Below are positions 10,439 through 19,278 of a stretch of DNA of 64,000 nucleotides, piece by piece. Source of the DNA: an uncultured Planctomycetia bacterium (GTDB lineage: Bacteria; Omnitrophota; Gorgyraeia; Duberdicusellales; Duberdicusellaceae); NCBI GenBank assembly GCA_964634935.1, contig CAZWJT010000001.1:95480-159479 (forward strand), read 5' to 3'. Below the pieces are notes generated by a model, which was not told the origin of the DNA, did no database searches, and saw only the letters and a list, made by a program, of their open reading frames with translations. Within the stretch, counting starts at the first letter, position 1; each line of letters starts with the position of its first letter. The position numbers and the translations under genes were made by a program.

Positions 10439-11359
10439 TTATGAGAAGTAGGAACGGGCGCTCAGAATATCTTTTAAAATACTTTTTTTAAGAATCGCTC
10501 TACTCCTAAATCTGCGTTCTGGACGCAGCCGCTTAAGAAAATATACTTCAACTTTTTGACGATAGATATTTTTATGAAAACGAAAAATAAAAACTTCGAG
10601 CTTTTTTTGTTTATGAGCTGGTTTAATTGTAGGAGCATATCCAAGGCTCGCGACACCACGATACATTTTGTTTTTGTGCTTTACCATAACGACAAAAACA
10701 CCAGGTAAAGGGGTTACCTGACGCCCACAGGCAAGATTGACCGTAGGAACAAACATCTTTTTCCCAAGATGACGACCACGTAGAACACGCCCTGAAATCA
10801 TATATGGCCTTCCTAAAATATTTCTTACTGCATCGAATTGAGAGCCTTCTATCAAAGAACGAATCCGAGAGCTGGCAATTATTGTACCGTTTATTTTTTC
10901 TTTTTCAACGACACTCAGGGAAAAACCGAACGTGCTGGAAGCTTTCTGTAAATCTCGAATCCCCATCTGACGCGCATACCCGAAATGACAGTCTGGACCA
11001 ACGACAACTTTTTGGATATTGAAGTACCGATACAAATAGCGTAAAAAAGAAAATCCACTCTTGAGATATAGCTGCCGAGTAAACTTTATAATCCATACAT
11101 AATCAATGGGAAATTTTTTGAGCAGTAAAAGTTTCTCCTGATCACTGGTGAGCACTCCGGAAAACTTCCGTTGGAACACTTGGTCGGGATGAGGCGAAAA
11201 AGTAACCACGAGTGTTTTAAGATTGTCTTTCGATGCCTGCTTACAGAGTTGCCGCAAAAGAACTCGATGCCCACGATGCACGCCATCAAAAATACCGACA
11301 GTAACTGCAACCTTAGGACGGGAAGTAAAATGCGGGGTCTTGAATATACTTTTCATCAA
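10439..11359 (-). CDS. ribF: bifunctional riboflavin kinase / FMN adenylyltransferase RibF
   Basis: N-terminal nucleotidyltransferase motif VGIFDGVHRGH and a C-terminal riboflavin-kinase domain. Conserved truB-ribF linkage. Confidence 0.85.
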   Translation of the reverse strand: MMKSIFKTPHFTSRPKVAVTVGIFDGVHRGHRVLLRQLCKQASKDNLKTLVVTFSPHPDQVFQRKFSGVLTSDQEKLLLLKKFPIDYVWIIKFTRQLYLKSGFSFLRYLYRYFNIQKVVVGPDCHFGYARQMGIRDLQKASSTFGFSLSVVEKEKINGTIIASSRIRSLIEGSQFDAVRNILGRPYMISGRVLRGRHLGKKMFVPTVNLACGRQVTPLPGVFVVMVKHKNKMYRGVASLGYAPTIKPAHKQKKLEVFIFRFHKNIYRQKVEVYFLKRLRPERRFRSRAILKKSILKDILSARSYFS

Positions 11360-12011
11360 CTTCCTCTAAACGCACGCACTGTTCGATAGAAAGAGCACCA
11401 ATGGCAACACGCCGTATTTCGGTAATACAAGCTCCACAACCTAGTTTCTCTCCAATATCTTCGGCAATCTTCCGAACATATGTCCCCTTGGAACAGTGTA
11501 TCAAAAAATGGATCAAAGGAAGATCAATGTGCGTCGCCCGAATATCGTAAACTGTTATCGTCCGTGGAGCAATTTCTATTTTCTCTCCCTGCCGCGCGAG
11601 CTCATAGAGACGCTTTCCCTTGTGCCGCAAAGCGCTCACCATCGGAGGACTCTGCAAAATTGTTCCCTGAAATGCCGCGAAAGCCTGATGAATCATTTGT
11701 TCGCTCACCGACTGAAAATCCTTTTCTGAAATTATTGCTCCTTCGGTATCTCCAGTTATGGTCGAAACACCGAGCTTCAGTGTCGCCTGATATTTCTTGT
11801 CCAAAGCAGAAAAACGGGAGAAAAGTTTTGTTGCTTTCCCAATCAACAGAACCAAAACTCCCGTGGCCAAAGGATCGAGGGTTCCCGCATGTCCCACTTG
11901 TTTAATCTTAAATTTCTTCCGAACTGCATCAACCACATCATGTGAAGTAATACCGCTTGGTTTATCGACAAGAAGAATTCCGGGCTTGACCTGAGCCTGT
12001 TGCACTTTCAT
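11313..12011 (-). CDS. truB: tRNA pseudouridine(55) synthase TruB
   Basis: GILLVDKPSGITSHDVV…GHAGTLDPLATGVL catalytic Asp motif. 47-nt overlap with the ribF start. Confidence 0.9.
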   Translation of the reverse strand: MKVQQAQVKPGILLVDKPSGITSHDVVDAVRKKFKIKQVGHAGTLDPLATGVLVLLIGKATKLFSRFSALDKKYQATLKLGVSTITGDTEGAIISEKDFQSVSEQMIHQAFAAFQGTILQSPPMVSALRHKGKRLYELARQGEKIEIAPRTITVYDIRATHIDLPLIHFLIHCSKGTYVRKIAEDIGEKLGCGACITEIRRVAIGALSIEQCVRLEEVDEKYIQDPAFYFPS

Positions 12012-12991
12012 TGCGCCCTTCTCTTCTTGGCCAGTGTCTGATATTCACGCAAGTATGCCTCGGCTATAGAAATTACTTCCCGACGTACCAAATTGATCTT
12101 ACCCTTCACCGTCGCCCCGGAAGCATTCGGATGACCTCCCCCGCCAAAAAACGTAGCAAGCCTGTTCACGTCGCATTCGCCTCGAGAACGAAAATTCAAC
12201 TTCACTGTGCCCGGGGAAACCTGTTTTATTAAAATAAAAATGTACGCACTTTGGATGTTGCGCAAAAGTCCAAACAGAAAATCAGTCATATCTCCGCTGA
12301 GCGACTCTTTCCAGTCTGGAATAACCGCAACAACAAGTTTACCTGAAGCTAAAACTTTAAGCCGTGCAAGAATCTTCCCGGCTCGCTGAACATCAGACGT
12401 TGAGAATGAACTATAAACTTCCTGATACACTGTATTAGGCAAAATCCCAAACCGCAACAACTCTGCCGCAATCTGGTGAACCCGACAGGTCGTATTATTG
12501 TATGAAAAATAACCTGTATCAGTAGCGATTCCGGTATAAATACAAAGCGCGGATTTCTTATCTAATACAACACCACAATGAACAAAAAGTTCATAAATCA
12601 TCTCGGCAGCCGAAGAGGCTTTATCATTGACCCAGTTAATATCTCCAAAATGCTCATTGCTGATATGATGATCAATATTAATGATCGTCCCCACATTCAT
12701 CAAAGCCCCCTTAACCCCGCCCGCCCGTTCAATACTCGTACAATCCACAAGACATGCGGCATCAAAATTCTGGGACGGCTTACGGGCAACAATCTGCTTT
12801 ATGCCGGGAAGAAAGCTGTACATCTGAGGAGTAAGGTCCTGGTTATAAATAACCGCATTTTTTCCCATGCGCTTGAGAAGAAAATACAGGGCGAGTTCTG
12901 ACCCTAAGGCATCTCCCTCGGGATGCATATGAGAACTAATCAAAAAACTTCTATGTCTTCTTAGCTCTTTTTCGAGATCGTGTAAGTTCAT
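12008..12991 (-). CDS. nrnA: DHH/DHHA1 phosphoesterase NrnA (oligoribonuclease / pAp phosphatase)
   Basis: DHH motifs (HPEGDALGS, NIDHHISN) and a GGGH DHHA1 motif near the C-terminus. Typical rbfA-nrnA-truB position. Confidence 0.75.
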   Translation of the reverse strand: MNLHDLEKELRRHRSFLISSHMHPEGDALGSELALYFLLKRMGKNAVIYNQDLTPQMYSFLPGIKQIVARKPSQNFDAACLVDCTSIERAGGVKGALMNVGTIINIDHHISNEHFGDINWVNDKASSAAEMIYELFVHCGVVLDKKSALCIYTGIATDTGYFSYNNTTCRVHQIAAELLRFGILPNTVYQEVYSSFSTSDVQRAGKILARLKVLASGKLVVAVIPDWKESLSGDMTDFLFGLLRNIQSAYIFILIKQVSPGTVKLNFRSRGECDVNRLATFFGGGGHPNASGATVKGKINLVRREVISIAEAYLREYQTLAKKRRAQ

Positions 12992-13316
12992 TTTTTACCT
13001 CTTCGATTTTTTGATAGATAGAAACACTATATTCTATGGAATCATCGAAAATGAATTTTAGTTCTGGCAGTACCCTCAACCTCATCCGCTCACCCAAGAG
13101 GTGCCGGATGTGTTTTTGGGTTTTATTCAGAGCAAATTCGACTTTCTCTCGGGTTCCTCCAAGAGTGCTGAAAAAAATACGCGTCTGGGATAAATCTTTT
13201 GTAGTATCCACGCGTACAATGCTGATAAGCCCCAGTTCAGGATCATCAAGCTCGGTTTGAAGAATATGAGTGAGTTCTTTCTGTATTTGGCTATTCACCA
13301 TCTCAATGCGTGACAT
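12951..13316 (-). CDS. rbfA: ribosome-binding factor A
   Basis: 121-aa KH-like protein with an RbfA-type N-terminus (MSRIEMVNSQIQKELTHIL…ISIVRVDTTKDLSQTRIFFS). Confidence 0.8.
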   Translation of the reverse strand: MSRIEMVNSQIQKELTHILQTELDDPELGLISIVRVDTTKDLSQTRIFFSTLGGTREKVEFALNKTQKHIRHLLGERMRLRVLPELKFIFDDSIEYSVSIYQKIEEVKNELTRSRKRAKKT

Positions 13317-13406
13317 AAAAAATCTCCTTTTTCAAAAAGTCATATTGATTCGCTTCCAAAACTCGTGGCAGCTTTCCGCGCTTGCAGCGTAAAATTGGAA
13401 TATTTT

Positions 13407-13416
13407 ATTATACTCA
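13407..13416 (-). promoter_or_regulatory. candidate extended -10 promoter element (TGAGTATAAT) for the rbfA-nrnA-truB-ribF operon
   Basis: The minus-strand reading of the intergenic region gives TGnTATAAT about 90 nt upstream of the rbfA ATG. A GGAG-type RBS lies just before the ATG. Confidence 0.3.
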
Positions 13417-13441
13417 AAACTGCCCAAAATACTATTCCTTT

Positions 13442-14536
13442 TTAAGTTTTTTTCTGGATAGATAGGAGTGACTTTCGCATAATGCGCTTTTCCCGCTGCC
13501 CAACCACTAACCAGTAAAGTATTACTTGTTCTTCGGGAGAAAATTCCTTAAGAAAAGTAAGGACGCGATGCTCCTGGGGAATTTTCTCCAGCTCTTGAGC
13601 CTGCTTGTGCAAAAAAGAAGCTTTGGATATTCTCTTCCAGTAATGCCGAGGTAGTTCTAAAAAATCACAGAACTCCTTTGGATTCATCGACCCAAATACA
13701 GCAAAGCCAAGAAAGTAAAAGAGAGTCGTATCGAATTCATTCCCGCTCCGCAATACAGCAAAACAACGAAGAGCTGAATTAATTGTATCGACTTGATTTG
13801 CGGTTAGTGAAAGGTAATTTTCCAAAAATTTAAATCCGGTAAATTGAAACAAACAGCGCACGGCATCATAGGGATTTTCCTCCTGGAACATGCGTTCAAG
13901 CTCATTTGCAATCCTTTTCCCACTGACCCGTTGAATGCTATTTTCTTTACAGGCATGCTTCATTGCAAGAGCGGTAGCGCCGGAAAGATGAAATTTAAAA
14001 CGCACCAAGAATCGAATTGCTCGAAAGATGCGTGTTGGATCGTCAATGAAACTCCGGGGATGAAAGATACGCAATACTTTGCGCTTTAAATCCCGCAACC
14101 CGCCAAACAAATCAATTACTTCAAGATAGCTCTCTGAAGAAAGGTCGAGTGCAAGCGCATTTACCGTAAAATCTCTCCGGAATAAATCGTCGCGTAAAGA
14201 CCCAGAAGAAACCTGAGGAAGGCTTCCTGAGTGTAAATACATTTCTTTCCGTGCAGTTGCAATATCAACTTGATAATCGGAGGAAAAAATTGTTGCCGTG
14301 CCGAAACGAGGATAGTCCACCAACCGCCCAGAAACTTTTTCTGCAAGTCTCCGGGAAAAAAGTATGCCGTCTCCTTCAACGACCAGATCGATATCTAAAT
14401 TTTCCCGATGAAGAAGCATATCCCGCACACACCCTCCCACAAGATATACGTTCATATCAAGGTCCTGCGCTACAGACATCGCTGCCCCTGCGATAACCTG
14501 AGTCATGCACGGTAGGCGTTTGTTTGTTATTCTCAT
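13442..14536 (-). CDS. cca: CCA-adding tRNA nucleotidyltransferase / poly(A) polymerase family (PcnB/Cca head domain)
   Basis: N-terminal polymerase-beta-like motifs (LVGGCVRDMLL, DIDLVVEGDG) and RxxxR…ERxxxE-like downstream motifs. 364 aa. Confidence 0.75.
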   Translation of the reverse strand: MRITNKRLPCMTQVIAGAAMSVAQDLDMNVYLVGGCVRDMLLHRENLDIDLVVEGDGILFSRRLAEKVSGRLVDYPRFGTATIFSSDYQVDIATARKEMYLHSGSLPQVSSGSLRDDLFRRDFTVNALALDLSSESYLEVIDLFGGLRDLKRKVLRIFHPRSFIDDPTRIFRAIRFLVRFKFHLSGATALAMKHACKENSIQRVSGKRIANELERMFQEENPYDAVRCLFQFTGFKFLENYLSLTANQVDTINSALRCFAVLRSGNEFDTTLFYFLGFAVFGSMNPKEFCDFLELPRHYWKRISKASFLHKQAQELEKIPQEHRVLTFLKEFSPEEQVILYWLVVGQREKRIMRKSLLSIQKKT

Positions 14537-15423
14537 TGAGCGCGCGGGTGAAATTTAGTATGAATGGTTTTTAACCGATTCCTATCCACATGGGTATAAA
14601 TCTGGGTCGTAGAGATGCTTGCATGACCCAAAAGTTCTTGAACACTCCGTAAATCAGCGCCACCCTCAAGTAAATGTGTGGCAAAAGAATGCCTGAAAGT
14701 ATGCGGGGTGACCTCTTTGGTAATTCTGGCAAGCTTTACAGCAACTTTAATCATCTTCCAGATACTTTGCCGGCTTAAACGTTTCTTATACTGAGAAACA
14801 AAAAGAAATTCATTAGAAACCCCTTTCAAGATGCTGGCTCTCACCTCTTTCATATAACGCTCAACAAAATGTTCTGCGGATTTTCCAAGCGGAACAATGC
14901 GCTCTTTTGAACCCTTACCACGGCAACGCAAAAAACCTACCGTAAAATCAATATCCTGAAGTTTCAAAAAAGCAACCTCTGAAATCCGCAATCCGGTCGC
15001 ATACATCAACTCGAGAATTGCCCGATCCCGTAAGCCATTGCGAGTGCGAATATTCGGTTGAACAATAATTTTCTCGATCTCATCAACCGTTAACGTATCC
15101 GGAATCCGCTTCCAAAGCTTTGGAGAATCAAGCAATACTGTTGGATCTTTCGAAATAATGTTTTCCCGAACTAAAAATTTATGGAACGATTTAATTCCGG
15201 AAAGCCGGCGGGACACCGATGAAGCCTGTATTCCCTGACTACGTTCTGCAAATAAAAAATCCTGGATATCTTTTTTTTCGACAGACGTCGGAACCGTGAT
15301 GTTCCGTTTTTTTAAAAACTGTGAATATTTCTGTAAATCGAAGGCATACGCCGCCAGGGTATTCCCCGAAAGTCCACGTTCGACCCGTAAATAATCGAGA
15401 AATGAATCGATATATTCTTGCAT
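14533..15423 (-). CDS. xerD: tyrosine site-specific recombinase XerC/XerD family
   Basis: N-terminal SAM-like domain (…YLRVERGLSGNTLAAY…). C-terminal catalytic box HTFRHSFATHLLEGGADLRSVQELLGHASISTTQIYTHV carries the R…HxxR…Y signature. Confidence 0.85.
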   Translation of the reverse strand: MQEYIDSFLDYLRVERGLSGNTLAAYAFDLQKYSQFLKKRNITVPTSVEKKDIQDFLFAERSQGIQASSVSRRLSGIKSFHKFLVRENIISKDPTVLLDSPKLWKRIPDTLTVDEIEKIIVQPNIRTRNGLRDRAILELMYATGLRISEVAFLKLQDIDFTVGFLRCRGKGSKERIVPLGKSAEHFVERYMKEVRASILKGVSNEFLFVSQYKKRLSRQSIWKMIKVAVKLARITKEVTPHTFRHSFATHLLEGGADLRSVQELLGHASISTTQIYTHVDRNRLKTIHTKFHPRAQ

Positions 15424-15425
15424 CG

Positions 15426-16163
15426 TTACAATAGGTATCCTTCGCGGATATTTTCCTTTCTCAGACTCTTAAAAACATTAAACTTCAGATTTGGAAATTC
15501 CCGTTCAAGCGCAGTAATATGTTCTTGTATTCTCTTCCGCTTGGAGCTATGCGCATAGGGACAAACAAACTGAAAAGGACGAAAACCCATCTTCTCCGCG
15601 GCAGCGTGTATAACTTTCTTCTCAATATAAGAAAATGGCCTGATAATAGCCAATTTTCCGTTGAAAAAAACTTGCTTTGGCCGCATGGTACTTATCTGAC
15701 CGTGCAAGAATAGGTTCATCAATGTAGTTTGTGCAATATCATCCAAATTATGCCCAAGGGCAATTTTATTGCACTCAAATTCTTCAGCTATGTCAAAAAA
15801 TATTTTTCTCCGATTCCATGAACACCAAAAACAGCTACAGTCTTTCCCCGAAAAAATGAGCGGTTTAACAGTAAAAGGAACATCCTGCGCAGAAAGAAAA
15901 TCACAGACAACACCAGTCTGCCCCTGCGACCAAGGAGTTTCTACAAAAACAACATGGAGAGTAAAGTGTAATGGTACGCGTTTCTTTCGCAACAGGAGAA
16001 TTTTGAGCAGTAAAAAACTATCTTCTCCTCCAGAGAAAGCCAGCAGAATCTTATCGCCGCTTGTAATCATTTGATAATCAAAAAGCGCTCTCCCCGTCTG
16101 TTTATAGACAGTCTTGAGAATACCTTTTAATTCCTCTTTTTGTGCTAATAAGATGCCCATCAT
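15426..16163 (-). CDS. ttcA: PP-loop ATPase, TtcA-like tRNA 2-thiocytidine biosynthesis family
   Basis: SGGEDS PP-loop, CxxC cluster (CSCFWCS) plus a distal Cys (CPY), and a GHNLDD…TLMNL block resembling TtcA. Confidence 0.55.
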   Translation of the reverse strand: MMGILLAQKEELKGILKTVYKQTGRALFDYQMITSGDKILLAFSGGEDSFLLLKILLLRKKRVPLHFTLHVVFVETPWSQGQTGVVCDFLSAQDVPFTVKPLIFSGKDCSCFWCSWNRRKIFFDIAEEFECNKIALGHNLDDIAQTTLMNLFLHGQISTMRPKQVFFNGKLAIIRPFSYIEKKVIHAAAEKMGFRPFQFVCPYAHSSKRKRIQEHITALEREFPNLKFNVFKSLRKENIREGYLL

Positions 16164-16948
16164 ACAATAATAGTTACTCTCTGCCCAAGATGAACATTCC
16201 CCAAAGACTGGGCGTGAGAGTTCTTTTTGGCTACTTCCACGAACCCAAAGCTTCCGGGAATAAAAAAGAATTCATCCATTCCTCCTTGGTCATAAGAACG
16301 GAAAAATTTTGAAATTTTGCAGTTGCCAACTGTGGCTTTGAATTGCCGCTGACCCAAGAATAAAAAAAATGACTTACAAGAAATATTCGTCGTGCAATTT
16401 CCGAACCTATCAATGAAAATTATTTCTCCCTCGAGCCGAACCTTAGTTTTCTTTACAGCCGGCAGCTCCAAAACCGTTATGTTCCGCAGAGTCTCGCCGA
16501 ATAAATTCATTGGTATTCCTTGTATGAGCCAACCGCAAACCGGAGCAAAAATATCGCGTCCATGGAATGTCGATGAAACTTCTTTCAAAAAATATTTCTT
16601 GTTGGTCAGATGGATTATCTTTTGAATCGTATCTGCCCTTGCAGCAAGACTAAGAATGCCATTGTCTGGCCCGATAAAATAATAATTCTTTGTTTTAATT
16701 AGAAGTGCTTTCCGCTGCGAACCAACACCCGGATCAATAATCGCCATAAAAACTGTGCCCCGGGGAAAAAATGTATAACTCTGAGCGAGAATAAACGCTG
16801 CCTGTAATATGTTCTGCGGATTGATTTCGTGGGTAATATCAACACAAGCAACACCGGGGGAAATGCGGAGCACAACTCCCTTCACAATTCCCGCAAAAGC
16901 GTCTTGATTCCCGAAATCACTTAAAAATGCTACTACTCTTTGTCTCAT
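16160..16948 (-). CDS. SAM hydroxide adenosyltransferase family protein (DUF62; fluorinase/chlorinase-like SAM hydrolase)
   Basis: Characteristic N-terminus VAFLSDFGNQDAFAGIVKGVVLRISPGVACVDITHEINPQNILQAAF and matching length (262 aa). Confidence 0.7.
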   Translation of the reverse strand: MRQRVVAFLSDFGNQDAFAGIVKGVVLRISPGVACVDITHEINPQNILQAAFILAQSYTFFPRGTVFMAIIDPGVGSQRKALLIKTKNYYFIGPDNGILSLAARADTIQKIIHLTNKKYFLKEVSSTFHGRDIFAPVCGWLIQGIPMNLFGETLRNITVLELPAVKKTKVRLEGEIIFIDRFGNCTTNISCKSFFLFLGQRQFKATVGNCKISKFFRSYDQGGMDEFFFIPGSFGFVEVAKKNSHAQSLGNVHLGQRVTIIV

Positions 16949-17967
16949 CTATCTCGGTAGAGACAGGATTGTTCAGTAAATTTAATAATCTCGTTCATCA
17001 TGGCTACTGCAGCAACTGGGTGTTTTCCAACGGCTGTCTCGGCCGAAAGCATCACAAACGTACTACCATCGAGCACAGCATTCGTCACGTCAGAGACTTC
17101 AGCTCGCGTCGGAGCATGGTTAAAAACCATGCTTTCCAACATCTGCGTTGCGGTAATAACTGGCTTCTTGGCTTGTATGCATTTTTTAATGATCTGCTTT
17201 TGCAGCACCCCCACTGCGTACAAAGGAAAACAGACGCCAAGATCACCTCTAGCAACCAAAATCCCATCAGACACATGAATAATCTCATCAAGATTCCTAA
17301 GTCCCTCGCTACTTTCAATCTTTGCAAAAACTCTCGGCTGGGATACTCCGAGTTGATCGCGCACACTCAAAATATCTTTTTTGTTACGAACGAAAGACTG
17401 CGCGATATAATCAACGGAACGGGAAACGCCGAACTGAATATCCTCTTTATCTTTGCGCGTCATTTCCCCGAAAATCAACTTTGCCTCTGGAATATTAATA
17501 CCCTTGTGTTCTTGAAGTGCCCCACCAAGGATAACCTTCGTTTTAAGTTTTTTCGCATAAACCGCTTTTACTTCTAAAACGATATTCCCGTCATCGATAA
17601 ATATACGATGCCCCCTATGAATACTACGCAAGGAACCTTGATAGTCGAAAGAAATAGTATCCTGGCTTCCTATACTTTCATCCTGCCTGATCCAGAGAAT
17701 TCTATTTCTTTCAAGCATGATCGGTTTCCCCTCAAAGAACTTACCCACCCGGATACGAAACCCTTCAAGATCCTGGAGGACGCGGATATGCCTTCGGTAT
17801 TTACAATTAAGCTCTCGAATGAGCGAAATTCTCTGGGCATGATCGGCATGATGCCCATGAGAAAAGTTGAGCCGCACCATATCAAGACCGGCTTGCATCA
17901 TTTTACGTAAAACGGTACTTGTACTGCTTGCTGGACCAAGAGTCGCAATAATTTTTGCTTTAGCCAT
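16945..17967 (-). CDS. pyk: pyruvate kinase, short form lacking the C-terminal regulatory domain
   Basis: N-terminus KIIATLGPASS…MVRLNFSHGHHADH is classic PK. The barrel and cap domains are recognisable, but the protein ends at about 340 aa just after …AETAVGKHPVAAV…. Confidence 0.75.
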   Translation of the reverse strand: MAKAKIIATLGPASSTSTVLRKMMQAGLDMVRLNFSHGHHADHAQRISLIRELNCKYRRHIRVLQDLEGFRIRVGKFFEGKPIMLERNRILWIRQDESIGSQDTISFDYQGSLRSIHRGHRIFIDDGNIVLEVKAVYAKKLKTKVILGGALQEHKGINIPEAKLIFGEMTRKDKEDIQFGVSRSVDYIAQSFVRNKKDILSVRDQLGVSQPRVFAKIESSEGLRNLDEIIHVSDGILVARGDLGVCFPLYAVGVLQKQIIKKCIQAKKPVITATQMLESMVFNHAPTRAEVSDVTNAVLDGSTFVMLSAETAVGKHPVAAVAMMNEIIKFTEQSCLYRDR

Positions 17968-17968
17968 C

Positions 17969-18748
17969 TTATTCTTTCAAAAAGATTTGCGAAGGGCTGC
18001 TTACTCCGATAGAAACACCGCCTTGCTTACGTATCCTCCCGGTAACCTCTACCCGCTTTCCTTTATAATACGAAAGAGGGTCGATATGCTGCCGCGTGAA
18101 GCTTTCCAACGCATTCTTATAGATTATTATTTTTGTGCTTTGCTTAGCCGATGTATCAAACAGAAGATAAATCTTTTTCTTATCACAGTAGCCATCCAAA
18201 ATCACACCTTCTACCCGGCGAATCTGATTAATAAAACGATGCGCGTCTTGCGCGTGAACAGCCTCATACGTACCCCAAATCCCCTTCTTTTTTTGGCGGG
18301 CATTTGTCTGAGCCTCCACAAAGGTATCAGCATATTTTATGTTTGGAGGAATTGTCAATAAGACTGCAAAACCTTCCTCGAGAAGCTGTTTATTAAGAAA
18401 AACTTCTCCACTTTTCCCCTGAATGAAACAATACCCGAGAGATCGGCCGTAAACATCCCTACGCACAAGGTCATACTCAATCCTTACTTTCTGCCCTTCG
18501 GCAAGTTGCTGAACCAAATTCTTTGCCTCCAAAGCAAACGGCTGAGGATTATAACGAAACTGACCGCGTTCTTTTGTGGTTATTTCTGGAGTATCGATAC
18601 CAATCAAACGAAGTTTTTCTCCACTGCTGAGTGTGAGTGTGTCTCCGTCAGTAACCTTCTCAACTCGTAACGGAGAAAGAAATAACTCCTGGGTGCCCTG
18701 ACAACCCAGCAAGTAAAAAAGAAGGATACAGCAACATATCGTTCTCAC
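17969..18748 (-). CDS. secreted staphylococcal-nuclease-like thermonuclease with a C-terminal extension
   Basis: Lipoprotein-type signal (…LLGCQG), SNase motifs (DGDTLTL…LRLIGIDTPE…), and about 110 extra C-terminal residues. Confidence 0.7.
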   Translation of the reverse strand: MRTICCCILLFYLLGCQGTQELFLSPLRVEKVTDGDTLTLSSGEKLRLIGIDTPEITTKERGQFRYNPQPFALEAKNLVQQLAEGQKVRIEYDLVRRDVYGRSLGYCFIQGKSGEVFLNKQLLEEGFAVLLTIPPNIKYADTFVEAQTNARQKKKGIWGTYEAVHAQDAHRFINQIRRVEGVILDGYCDKKKIYLLFDTSAKQSTKIIIYKNALESFTRQHIDPLSYYKGKRVEVTGRIRKQGGVSIGVSSPSQIFLKE

Positions 18749-18751
18749 TGC

Positions 18752-19141
18752 TCAACGATGAATTCTGCCAACAATCTCAGAGAAAATATTCTGAGCCAGG
18801 GTGAGATTAGCAAATACCCCTGCAGTACGCGCAGAAACCCGTAATGTTTGAGTACGCTCGGTAATTTCCTTTATCTTAATCGTCACGGTATCTTTTTTGA
18901 TTTTTGCCTTGATAATCCCAGCGCGTTTACTGTTTAAAATAAGCTCTCCTTTCGCTTCAAGAAGGTCAATCGAAGCATTCCAAAGCTTATCGTAGCTCAC
19001 TTCAAAACTGCCCTGTACCGCATCTTTTGTAATCATATAACCGCCCACTGCGCCTACTCCAATAAGTACTGGAACACAACCAGCCATGAAAAAAATAATT
19101 CCAATACCGAAAAGGCTCCTCATGGGCTTAAAAAATAGCAT
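18752..19141 (-). CDS. hypothetical small lipoprotein / membrane-anchored protein
   Basis: N-terminal hydrophobic segment with Cys (…FFMAGCVPV…), 129 aa. Tightly spaced between the nuclease and protease genes. Confidence 0.4.
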   Translation of the reverse strand: MLFFKPMRSLFGIGIIFFMAGCVPVLIGVGAVGGYMITKDAVQGSFEVSYDKLWNASIDLLEAKGELILNSKRAGIIKAKIKKDTVTIKIKEITERTQTLRVSARTAGVFANLTLAQNIFSEIVGRIHR

Positions 19142-19278
19142 TTTCTTTCCTCCTTGTTTATCAACATCATTCAGACTTACGATTATTGTATCTTAAAAAC
19201 GGGAAAAAATAAATAAGTTTGAACCGAACGGTATTGTAACACAGGCGAGATTGAAGGAATATTAAAACACTGGATGAT

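Noticed and set aside
16927-17577. 216-aa plus-strand ORF, plus 17000..17278 and 17085..17366.
   Set aside because: Antisense to, and fully inside, the well-supported pyruvate kinase gene. No motifs.
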